This document shows positions 25,911 through 34,281 of a stretch of 64,000 bases of DNA, piece by piece. The stretch lies in the NCBI GenBank assembly GCA_016193465.1, contig JACPSE010000006.1, forward strand, positions 13,684 through 77,683, given 5' to 3'. This DNA comes from Deltaproteobacteria bacterium (lineage in GTDB: Bacteria; Desulfobacterota; Binatia; UBA9968). The notes beneath the pieces were generated by a model that was not told the origin of the DNA, did not search any database, and worked only from the letters and a program-made list of their open reading frames with translations. The stretch's first letter is position 1. Each line of letters opens with the position of its first letter. Both the position numbers and the translations under genes were made by a program.

Positions 25911-27683
25911 GTGCAGATGGCCTTTTTCAACGGTCTGGTGATGTCTGAATCAGCGGCTCAAAGAAGATGGCGCCCTTCGCTTCCCCTCGACAAGCTGATC
26001 TTCGTCCTTCCCGCCGCCGCAGTGACCTACCTGGTAGTGCCGCCTCTGGCGCTCCTCCTGATATCGACTTTCAGGAGCACAGCCGATAGACTGCCCTTCG
26101 AGCCAGGACCGTGGATATTGTCCAATTACGCAACGGTCTTTACCAGCAGTGAAACCTATTTTCTGTTTCAAAATAGCCTGCTCTATGCCCTCTGCACGGT
26201 GCTTTCCGCCTTAACCATTGCCGTCGTATTGGTGTGGTTAATCGAGCGGACGGACCTGCCGGGACGGAACCTGCTTTTTACTCTCGTCTTGATACCTCTG
26301 GCCATACCTGGTCTGATCAAGGCGATTGGCTGGTCTCTCCTTGCAAGCCCTAGAATTGGCGCCGTTAACGTAGCGCTGAGAAATCTTTTGGGCACCAGCG
26401 GCGATTTGGGCCCGCTGAATATTTACTCTCTCCCGGGCATTATCTTTGTGAGCACGCTTTCCAACGTCCCGCCCATGGCGCTCATGATCTCCGGCTCCTT
26501 TCGCAGTTTCGATCCAGCCCTTGAGGAGGCCAGTGAGGCCTCTGGCGCCTCCCGGTCCCAGACTCAGCGCCTGGTTACCCTGCCTCTGCTGCGACCGGCC
26601 CTGTATGCCGCCTTCATTTATTATTTGGCCGATCTCTTGGACGACTTTCAGATTCCTGCCGTGCTGGGGCTCAACGCTGGAGTCCGCGTCCTTAGCACAA
26701 AGATTTTTCTGGCGACCCGTCCGGTGAGCGGGCTGCCAGACTACGGACTGGCGAGCGGTTATGCCATGGTGCTTTTCTCCGTCGCTATGGTCCTCATCCT
26801 GCTCTATCGCCGGATGGAACGCACACACCACAGGTTTGCGGTCATTACGGGCAAAGGATACCGTCCGCGCCGCATCCACCTGGGCGCGGGGAAGCATGTC
26901 GCCCTGGCGGGGATAGGGCTATACCTTCTCCTGGCTGCGATCTTGCCGGTGCTTATTCTTCTCTGGACAAGCCTCCAACCTTTTTTTACGGTTCCTTCAG
27001 CGGAGGGAGTCGGGCGGCTGACGTTGGCAAATTACCGCGGCCTGTGGGGGATGAGCCAGTTCAAGCAGGCTGCGCTGAATACCGGCTTGGTTGCGCTGAT
27101 CGTTGCCAGCGCGACTATGCTCCTCAGCACGCTGACGGCCTGGATGGCGCAGCGCGGCCGATTTTGGGGAAGCTCCGTTCCTGACACTCTCACCTTTGTC
27201 AACACGGCAGTTCCTAGCGTGGTTTTTGGACTCGCCGTGATGTTTGTCTATCTGAGCTTTCCGGTCCTTCCCATCTACGGAACCGTATGGATTTTGGTTA
27301 TTGCCTTTACCACCCGTTACCTGACCTATTCCACCCGTCTGATGGGAGGAGCGGTGGTGCAGATTCACCAGGAGCTTGAGGAGGCTTCGCATACTAGCGG
27401 CGCCTCTTCGTGGACGACTTTTAGGCGGATTACTTTGCCTCTTCTTTTCCCCTCGTTCCTCAACGGGTGGCTGTGGGTCGCCGTGCACGCGCTGCGGGAG
27501 GCAACCATTGCCGTCATGCTGATGACCCCGGCCAATGTGGTCCTCGGCGCCCTGATCTGGGAGAGATTCCAGGAAGGCGGCGAGCACGGACCCGTCGCCG
27601 CCATGAGTATTCTAGTGATGGCAGCCTCTTTCTTGCTCACTTTCATCGGCCGAAAGACCCTTCTGCGAGAGCCAACTTATTAA
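25911..27683 (+). CDS. ABC transporter permease (FbpB-like, double TM domain)
   Basis: Two EAA loops (LEEASEASGA, LEEASHTSGA) and about 12 TM segments. Confidence 0.94.
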   Translation: MQMAFFNGLVMSESAAQRRWRPSLPLDKLIFVLPAAAVTYLVVPPLALLLISTFRSTADRLPFEPGPWILSNYATVFTSSETYFLFQNSLLYALCTVLSALTIAVVLVWLIERTDLPGRNLLFTLVLIPLAIPGLIKAIGWSLLASPRIGAVNVALRNLLGTSGDLGPLNIYSLPGIIFVSTLSNVPPMALMISGSFRSFDPALEEASEASGASRSQTQRLVTLPLLRPALYAAFIYYLADLLDDFQIPAVLGLNAGVRVLSTKIFLATRPVSGLPDYGLASGYAMVLFSVAMVLILLYRRMERTHHRFAVITGKGYRPRRIHLGAGKHVALAGIGLYLLLAAILPVLILLWTSLQPFFTVPSAEGVGRLTLANYRGLWGMSQFKQAALNTGLVALIVASATMLLSTLTAWMAQRGRFWGSSVPDTLTFVNTAVPSVVFGLAVMFVYLSFPVLPIYGTVWILVIAFTTRYLTYSTRLMGGAVVQIHQELEEASHTSGASSWTTFRRITLPLLFPSFLNGWLWVAVHALREATIAVMLMTPANVVLGALIWERFQEGGEHGPVAAMSILVMAASFLLTFIGRKTLLREPTY

Positions 27684-27749
27684 GATCGCGGGGAACCGTC
27701 GAAAGGTGGAAGAGGCATTTCGTTGAAGCCGCCGAGATTTACAATCAGC

Positions 27750-28892
27750 TCAATGCGTAAGGATCTGAATCACGCAGGCATTAGTTTGGATATCAAAGAC
27801 CCCACCGCCAGAGTTGTGCTGCAGCGCAACCTTACACTGGTCGACCTGACGGCCTGCCGCCTCACCGCGCAACTGCCAGACAAGCTCAGCGAGCTGAGCG
27901 ATGCCTGTAGCTCCCAGCGGATGTCCCCGCGACAGCAATCCTCCACTGGTATTCACCGCTACCTTTTCTCCATTGATATCGAAATGGCCGGCCTGGGTAT
28001 ATCGACCCCCCTCCCCCTTCGGGCAAAGGCCCAAGCTCTCGCAGTAGAGCACCTGAGCCACACTAAAAGCGTCATGAAGCTCGCACACGTCGATATCTTC
28101 AGGCCCGATCCCGGCGGCTTCATAGGCCTCGTGCGCGATTCGCGCTGCGGTATCCTCCAAAGCGCAGATCCTGTCCCGCAGCTTGCCCGATCCCATGGCC
28201 GAGGCAACGATGCTTACCGGACGAGCCGTATACTGACGAGCCGCTTTCTCGCTGCCCAGGATAGCAGCCGCCGCGCCGTCTGCGTTAACCGTGCATTGGT
28301 ATTTGGTGATAGGGTCAGCGATCATGCGCGAAGCCAGCACTTCATTCAAGCTTAATTCCTGATGAAAATAGGCATAAGGATTGTGACAAGCATTAGACCT
28401 GCTCTTAACCGTCACCAGGGCGAACTGCTCCGGCGTAGTTCCGTACTCTTCCATGTGCCGACGCGCGGCAAGCGCATAAGCCGCCGGCATGACCAAGCCC
28501 ATAGCGGCAGCGAGGTCGTCAAGATCAAGAGGGATCATTCCACTGGAAAGCGAGCGGCTCAGGCTTTCAACCCCCAACGCCAGCGCTACGTCACACAGCT
28601 CCGCCTTGATCCAAGCATAAGCCTCGCGCATTGCGGTTCCCCCGCTGGCGCAGGAATTCTCAACATTAATGACAGGGATGCCTGTAAGTCCCAGATCCTT
28701 CAGAATCCTCTGCCCTATACCAAAAGGAAGGTAAACCGACCCGACAAACGCCGCCTGAATTTTTCGCCGATCGATCCCGGCATCCCGAATTGCGGCCCGT
28801 ATCGCTTCGTGGCCGAGATCCTCGGGTGTTCGCTCCGGCATCTTGCCGAAGCGCGTCATGCCTACGCCTAAGACAGCAACACCGTGACTCAT
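27750..28892 (-). CDS. Thiolase family protein (SCP-x type)
   Basis: VGMTRFGK, NVENSCASG, ELHDAF and GHPLGATG motifs; lacks the C-terminal CxG. Confidence 0.93.
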   Translation of the reverse strand: MSHGVAVLGVGMTRFGKMPERTPEDLGHEAIRAAIRDAGIDRRKIQAAFVGSVYLPFGIGQRILKDLGLTGIPVINVENSCASGGTAMREAYAWIKAELCDVALALGVESLSRSLSSGMIPLDLDDLAAAMGLVMPAAYALAARRHMEEYGTTPEQFALVTVKSRSNACHNPYAYFHQELSLNEVLASRMIADPITKYQCTVNADGAAAAILGSEKAARQYTARPVSIVASAMGSGKLRDRICALEDTAARIAHEAYEAAGIGPEDIDVCELHDAFSVAQVLYCESLGLCPKGEGGRYTQAGHFDINGEKVAVNTSGGLLSRGHPLGATGIAQLAELVWQLRGEAAGRQVDQCKVALQHNSGGGVFDIQTNACVIQILTH

Positions 28893-28905
28893 CGCCTTTC
28901 TCCCA

Positions 28906-29313
28906 TTATAAAGGGCGGAATTTAAAGCCAATAATCTCGGTATCATCACCATCATGGCGCACAGGCTCCAGGACGAGTTCCACGTCCATGCCGATGCTCA
29001 GCTTGTTTTCGCTCACACCGGTTAACTGAGTGAGCAGCCGAATCCCCTCAGGAAGATCCACATAAGCCAGAATATAAGGGGCTTGAAAGCCCGGCTGTGT
29101 CTGACGAACAATAGCATAAGAGTAAACGGTTCCGCGCCGCGACAAAGCGACGCGCTCGGTCTCCATAGCAAAGCAACTAGGGCATGAGTTCTTAGGAGGG
29201 AAATGCACGCTCTTGCAGGCTTGGCAACTACTTCCCAGAAGATATGGGGAATCAGCGGACTCCGGGAAAAAGAAGATGTCCGGGCGCACCAACTGCCTTT
29301 TCTTCACTTCCAT
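28906..29313 (-). CDS. DUF35-type Zn-ribbon/OB-fold protein (thiolase partner)
   Basis: CQAC...FPP...CPSC, GTVYSY and PY..AYVDL.EG motifs. Confidence 0.92.
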   Translation of the reverse strand: MEVKKRQLVRPDIFFFPESADSPYLLGSSCQACKSVHFPPKNSCPSCFAMETERVALSRRGTVYSYAIVRQTQPGFQAPYILAYVDLPEGIRLLTQLTGVSENKLSIGMDVELVLEPVRHDGDDTEIIGFKFRPL

Positions 29314-29732
29314 AGCAGAACCACCACCCTTCCAGCAGCTACAAGCTGGTCCCGCTGGTTTTCCACGGTCAATTCGCACTCGGCCAAGCCCTGTCCCTCC
29401 TCTTCCCACTTCTTTACCACCCTTCCCTTACAGGCGAGCGTGTCACCGGGAAAAATGATCGCCGTGAGCCTCGCTGAAAACTTCTTAATGTTTTCGATAC
29501 CCGCCCAGTTAGTGAACATCGCAGCTAACAGCCCGACGGGAAAAGCCCCCGACAGTGCTACCGTTGGAAATCCCACAGAGCGGGCAAATTCCTCATCCAC
29601 GTGTAGGGGGTGAGGATCTTTGAGAGCGACCGACATCCAAGCCTGCTGCATACGCTTAAGGGGTCCTCGAGTCAAAGAAGGAATCTCGTCCCCTATATTT
29701 ACATCGTGAAAAGAAACCTTGCGGCTTGACAT
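29304..29732 (-). CDS. MaoC family dehydratase/hydratase
   Basis: DPHPLHVDEEFARSVG and FPGDTL hot-dog motifs. Confidence 0.9.
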   Translation of the reverse strand: MSSRKVSFHDVNIGDEIPSLTRGPLKRMQQAWMSVALKDPHPLHVDEEFARSVGFPTVALSGAFPVGLLAAMFTNWAGIENIKKFSARLTAIIFPGDTLACKGRVVKKWEEEGQGLAECELTVENQRDQLVAAGRVVVLLWK

Positions 29733-29763
29733 GGTGTGCTCGAAACTCTCTTGTGCCTACGAG

Positions 29764-29798
29764 GGGGACAGTCCCTTTTCTTCAGGGGGACTGTCCCC
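29764..29798. repeat. REP-like palindrome GGGGACAGTCCC-N11-GGGACTGTCCCC
   Basis: Perfect 12-bp inverted repeat between the two MaoC genes. Confidence 0.75.
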
Positions 29799-29804
29799 TT
29801 CCTC

Positions 29805-30275
29805 CTAGGTTGAGGCCGGCTTTTCTCCTCCAACAACGTCATCACGCCTGATTAAGGTCACCTTGTCTCTCATGACCTTCTCACCCCTCTGGTTGGTATA
29901 AACCGTCTCCATGATAAAGAACGTCATCTTGCCTTGTCTTCCCTGCTTCTCGTAAACATCGACAACACGAGTCTGCCCAGTGATCGGCTCCCCAGCTTGG
30001 ATGAGGCGATAGAACTCCCATTCGAGGTCGCCCGCCAGAACTTGCTCGAAGGCGATATTGAGCTTCGAGAGCAAACCGGCTGTATCATAGGCGGTAATAG
30101 TCTGAATAAGGCCTAGCGGGACCAATGTCCCCTCATACCCTTCAGCTTTGGCTGCCTGCTCATCTCGGAAAACAGGATTATCATCTTGTAAGGCATGGAC
30201 GTATTCCTGTACCTTTACCTTATCGATAGTTATAGTGAATGGCGGGCGCTCCCACCCAATCAACTCTTTGCTCAT
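29805..30275 (-). CDS. MaoC-like dehydratase, N-terminal type (FAS1/HadA-like)
   Basis: IG......IDK.KV.EY..AL.DDNPVF.D...A...GY pattern, plus a GE.ITG...VVDVYEK motif. Confidence 0.88.
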   Translation of the reverse strand: MSKELIGWERPPFTITIDKVKVQEYVHALQDDNPVFRDEQAAKAEGYEGTLVPLGLIQTITAYDTAGLLSKLNIAFEQVLAGDLEWEFYRLIQAGEPITGQTRVVDVYEKQGRQGKMTFFIMETVYTNQRGEKVMRDKVTLIRRDDVVGGEKPAST

Positions 30276-30286
30276 GGGGTCTTTCC

Positions 30287-31033
30287 CTACAACACCTTTC
30301 GGTTCTTAAGGGGATCAGGTACCCTTAGACCTATCGACTCGATGATAGGACTGACTTCCTGAATATAAGCCTGGCGCCTCTCCTCGTTAGTCCTTTTTTT
30401 CAGTCGCCACTCGATGAACTTCCGACTCCTATCCGAATTGGAGTAACCGAGAGTGTCTAAGGCCCTTGGATACCAGCGATCAACGGCCTCCTGAGCCTCC
30501 TGTCTGCCTTTAGGGTCGCTGGATATCCGCTTTAGCCATTCATATCCGCGGCTCGTATGAGCTGTCTCCTCAGGGAGAATAGTATGCTTGATGAGGCGCG
30601 CAAACGGGGCAAAGCTACAATCGATCTGCTCCCGCTGTTGATGCATGCCGCAACGATCCAGCAGGAATGTAAACGCGGCAAAGTCGCTCCAGGTAGCACA
30701 GGGGTGGCGAAAGGAGTCGAATCCCCGTTTCGTTTTGCTATAAGGCGTAATCTGAGTTATATCGACGTAATTTCTGATCTGATTGAGCAGCTCATAGACT
30801 TTCAGCCCATGACCGATCTCTTCGTGGATCGTCAGCGCCACCCTAAAGCGATCGTCCACGGTGGGGGCGTGCTCGACCCACCGCCCATAAATCTCCTCAT
30901 CCAGGACGACCATCTCATTGGTGGCATGATTAAATACCATCTTAACGACCAGATCCTGATACTCTTGCGGGGTGTTAGGGAAATCCCCGGCTTCTATATC
31001 TCTTCCCGCTTGTATCTCCTGCTTTGTTATCAT
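30287..31033 (-). CDS. PaaA/BoxB-like ferritin-fold di-iron protein (ring-epoxidase-like)
   Basis: NE...EEIGH...LLD...EETAH ligand pattern and a DRWYPRALDTLG...S...EW.LK.RTNEERRQ tail typical of PaaA. Confidence 0.85.
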   Translation of the reverse strand: MITKQEIQAGRDIEAGDFPNTPQEYQDLVVKMVFNHATNEMVVLDEEIYGRWVEHAPTVDDRFRVALTIHEEIGHGLKVYELLNQIRNYVDITQITPYSKTKRGFDSFRHPCATWSDFAAFTFLLDRCGMHQQREQIDCSFAPFARLIKHTILPEETAHTSRGYEWLKRISSDPKGRQEAQEAVDRWYPRALDTLGYSNSDRSRKFIEWRLKKRTNEERRQAYIQEVSPIIESIGLRVPDPLKNRKVL

Positions 31034-31078
31034 GCTGGCACGCCTCCTTAGCGTGTAGGGGCGCAGCGCGCTGCGCCC

Positions 31079-32545
31079 TTACTCCCCCAAATTAACCCAG
31101 ACGCTCTTAACCTGTGTGTAATGCTCCAGCGCATGCATTCCCAGCTCTCTGCCGAATCCACTCATCTTGTAGCCGCCAAAGGGAGAAGAAACATCCAAAG
31201 CGTTATAGGTATTGATCCATACCGTTCCTGCTTTAAGCATCTTCGCCGCCAGATGAGCCTTTTTGATGTCATGGGTCCAGACAGCCGCAGCTAAACCATA
31301 AGGGGTATCGTTACTCTTGCCGATGACTTCGTTTAAATCCTTAAAGCGAATGGTTGCCAGCACAGGTCCGAATATCTCTTCCTGAGCGATCTTCATGCGG
31401 TTGTCGACTTCATCAAAGATAGTGGGATGGAAGAAATATCCTTTCCCATTGCCTGTGCGGTATCGCTGGCCTCCCGCTACCAGCTTTCCGCCCTCAGCTA
31501 TGCCCAACTCTACATAGCGAGATACTTTTTTCAACTGTGATTCAGAAGACAAAGGTCCCAGGCGAGTTTTAGGATCGAGCGGATCCCCCGGCACCAGCCG
31601 CTTTGTTCGCTCGACAAGCTTATCCATCAAACGATCATGAACGGAATCCTCTACGAACAACCTTGATCCTGCACAACAGACCTCGCCTTTGCTATAAAAG
31701 ATTGCCCAGAACGCATGCCTAGCCGCAGCCTCGAGGTCAGCGTCAGCAAAAACAATATTCGGCGACTTGCCGCCGAGCTCCAGGGTGACCGGCTTGAGTG
31801 TAGCGGCGGCATCGCGCATGATCTGCTGGCCGGTTTTGGTCCCGCCTGTGAAAGAGATCTTGTCGACGCCGGGATGCAACACCAGGGCACGCCCGGTCGT
31901 GCTCCCTGGTCCAGTAACAACATTAAACACGCCATCCGGGAGTCCTACCTCTTGGGCAATCTCCGCTATCCGAAGAGCAGTCAGCGGAGTCTGCTCAGAT
32001 GGCTTCAGCACTACGGTATTTCCTGCGGCAAGAGCCGGAGCCACCTTCCCCGCGGCCAGGGATAGAGGGAAATTCCAGGGGCTGATGGCCCCAACCACTC
32101 CTAAAGGCTCACGCAGAGTGTAGTTAAGAAAGTTTCCCCGAACCGGAATCGTTTCTCCCTGAATCTTATCGCACCAGCCGGCGTAGTATTCGAACAGATC
32201 GGCGACGCGAGAAGCATCATGATGGCGAGTCTCCGAGATCGGCTTGCCCGTATCTATGGTTTCCAAGTAGGCTATCTCGTCGCCATATTTGACAACCGCA
32301 TCGGCAATCTTTCGAAGCAGCTTACCGCGATCAGCGCCGCTCATCGCGCTCCACGGCCCCTCCTCAAAAGCCTTTCGCGCCGCGCGCACGGCCAGATCCA
32401 CATCCCTCTCGTCGGCCTCAGCCACTTCGGTGATGACCTCCTCAGTGGCAGGATTGATCGTTGGAAAGACCTTCCCGGAAGCTGCATCCTGCCACTTGCC
32501 TCCAATAAAAAGCTTTTTAGGTCCTATCTTTGTTTCCGCAACCAT
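31079..32545 (-). CDS. Aldehyde dehydrogenase family protein
   Basis: PWNFP, KPSE, FTG, LELGGKSP, GEVC, EEIFGP and PFGGYK motifs. Confidence 0.97.
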   Translation of the reverse strand: MVAETKIGPKKLFIGGKWQDAASGKVFPTINPATEEVITEVAEADERDVDLAVRAARKAFEEGPWSAMSGADRGKLLRKIADAVVKYGDEIAYLETIDTGKPISETRHHDASRVADLFEYYAGWCDKIQGETIPVRGNFLNYTLREPLGVVGAISPWNFPLSLAAGKVAPALAAGNTVVLKPSEQTPLTALRIAEIAQEVGLPDGVFNVVTGPGSTTGRALVLHPGVDKISFTGGTKTGQQIMRDAAATLKPVTLELGGKSPNIVFADADLEAAARHAFWAIFYSKGEVCCAGSRLFVEDSVHDRLMDKLVERTKRLVPGDPLDPKTRLGPLSSESQLKKVSRYVELGIAEGGKLVAGGQRYRTGNGKGYFFHPTIFDEVDNRMKIAQEEIFGPVLATIRFKDLNEVIGKSNDTPYGLAAAVWTHDIKKAHLAAKMLKAGTVWINTYNALDVSSPFGGYKMSGFGRELGMHALEHYTQVKSVWVNLGE

Positions 32546-32611
32546 ACTTAGATTCCTTGTACGGCAGATCGCCTTTTTACCGGCCTGACGACAGAAGCTG
32601 AATACATTCTG

Positions 32612-33535
32612 CTAAGGGCTAGAACCAGCATCTGCCTCGGTAAACCTCGAAAAGGCGGGCATGAAATCAAAGGGCAGCTTTCTTCTCTCGCCTCCCCTGT
32701 TTTTTACCACGTGAAGATCGACGGCCCGGTTGGGCTCGGTCAACTTTTTTGTCCGCTCTGGATTCTCCTCCATCACCAAGATGACGTCCGCGCCGGCGAC
32801 TCTTTCGGCCCACGCTTGAGGCACCGCGCCAGGAAAAGTCCCTTCCTTCCTTAAATCCGGCCAGGTAGCAACAATCGGTACCTTAAGATTGCCGGCCATG
32901 CCGTGCAGCTTTTCTGCAACCAGAGGAAGCCGGGAATCAATAGCAAGCTCTCTCGGCCCCAGACGCTGGCTGTCATCAATGACCGCCATGATCCGCGCAG
33001 ACTTTCCGGCCCCTTGAACACTACGGATCTGTCTCTCGATCTCGCCGAAATCCGTTTTTTCATTGCCCTCGCAAAGATAAACAAGGCCGAGCCAGCTTTT
33101 TGCCTCTTCTGCCGCGCTTTTTACCCTCTCCCAACTGGGAGAGCTGGGGTTGCGCTTTCTCGGGACGCCGTACCAGTGGAGCAGGAAGCCGCTGCCTCTC
33201 AGGATCTCCCCGGCCTCGACACCGCTCAGGCGCGCCAGGGTTCTAACCCTCAGATCCTTTTTGCTTTCGGCAAAGCTAAAGAAGATCGCCGGGACTGAAT
33301 TGTGCGCTGCGATCTGATCGCAAAGCTGTCTGGCGAAGGCGGTCTTACCACAAGACGGCTGGCCGATCAGCAAATAGAGGCCGGGAAGGATGCCGTTCAG
33401 GGCGCGGCTCAAGCTCGAAAAACCGGACTCCAAGCCGGCAATCTCTCTCGCCTCGCCTTCGCTTTCGAGCTCCGCAAGGAAAGATTCTGACTCCTCTCCT
33501 TCGGACAAGAGGGGTGGTTTTTCTGTCATAAGCAC
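32612..33535 (-). CDS. DnaB-like helicase C-terminal (RecA-fold) domain protein
   Basis: SGFSSLSRALNG, Walker A GQPSCGKT, Walker B-like AVIDDSQ, ADVIL and VVKNRGG motifs; no DnaB N-terminal domain. Confidence 0.8.
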   Translation of the reverse strand: MLMTEKPPLLSEGEESESFLAELESEGEAREIAGLESGFSSLSRALNGILPGLYLLIGQPSCGKTAFARQLCDQIAAHNSVPAIFFSFAESKKDLRVRTLARLSGVEAGEILRGSGFLLHWYGVPRKRNPSSPSWERVKSAAEEAKSWLGLVYLCEGNEKTDFGEIERQIRSVQGAGKSARIMAVIDDSQRLGPRELAIDSRLPLVAEKLHGMAGNLKVPIVATWPDLRKEGTFPGAVPQAWAERVAGADVILVMEENPERTKKLTEPNRAVDLHVVKNRGGERRKLPFDFMPAFSRFTEADAGSSP

Positions 33536-33650
33536 TGATAGAGATTACCCACTTTATCTGACCGGGGCAAGGCAAAATTTCTGTTGACAGGGGGCTTGAT
33601 TTTTACTAACCCTTTAACCGCTCCTAAGGCTGTAAGGAGAGGAGGCGACC

Positions 33651-34271
33651 ATGGACAACGAAGTAAAAGGAAAAGGCGTTTCCCGACGCGACTTTTTAAA
33701 GGGGCTCGGAGGCGGCGCTATCGGCAGCGCAGTCATCTCTACCGGGCTCCTGGACCCGAACAAGGCGGAAGCCTACCCCACGGAATCTACAGGAACTAGC
33801 CGCGGCAAATCAACCATCAATCTCAAGGTCAACGGCAAGAGCTACCGCCTGGAGGTGGAACACCGCGACACCCTTGCCGAGGTGCTGCGCGATCAACTCG
33901 GCTTTACGGGCACGAAGGTCGGTTGCAACCGGGGCGAGTGCGGCGCCTGCACGGTGATCATCAACGGCCGCAGCTTCTACTCCTGCAGCCAGCTTGCCGT
34001 CTGGATGGAGGGAAAAGAGATCTTGACGATTGAGGGTCTGGAAAAAGGGGACAAACTCGATCCTATTCAAGAGGCCTTTATCGAAAACGACGGCCCGCAA
34101 TGCGGCTTTTGCACCTCCGGGCAGATCATGTCGGCAAAGGCCTTGCTGCTGCGGAACCCTGGACCTAACGAGGCTGAGGTCAGAAACGCGCTTTCAGGCA
34201 ACCTCTGCCGCTGCGGCAATTACAACCGCGAGGTAGCCGCGGTACTAGCGGTCGCCGGAAAAGGCCGGTAA
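33651..34271 (+). CDS. Tat-exported 2x[2Fe-2S] subunit of a xanthine dehydrogenase-family oxidoreductase (PaoA-like)
   Basis: SRRDFLK Tat motif; GCNRGECGAC, QCGFC and NLCRC motifs. Confidence 0.94.
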   Translation: MDNEVKGKGVSRRDFLKGLGGGAIGSAVISTGLLDPNKAEAYPTESTGTSRGKSTINLKVNGKSYRLEVEHRDTLAEVLRDQLGFTGTKVGCNRGECGACTVIINGRSFYSCSQLAVWMEGKEILTIEGLEKGDKLDPIQEAFIENDGPQCGFCTSGQIMSAKALLLRNPGPNEAEVRNALSGNLCRCGNYNREVAAVLAVAGKGR

Positions 34272-34281
34272 GGAGGTCTCC

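Noticed and set aside
32612-33535. DnaB-like gene as evidence of a prophage or plasmid
   Set aside because: There are no neighbouring primase, integrase or structural genes; the flanks are metabolic.
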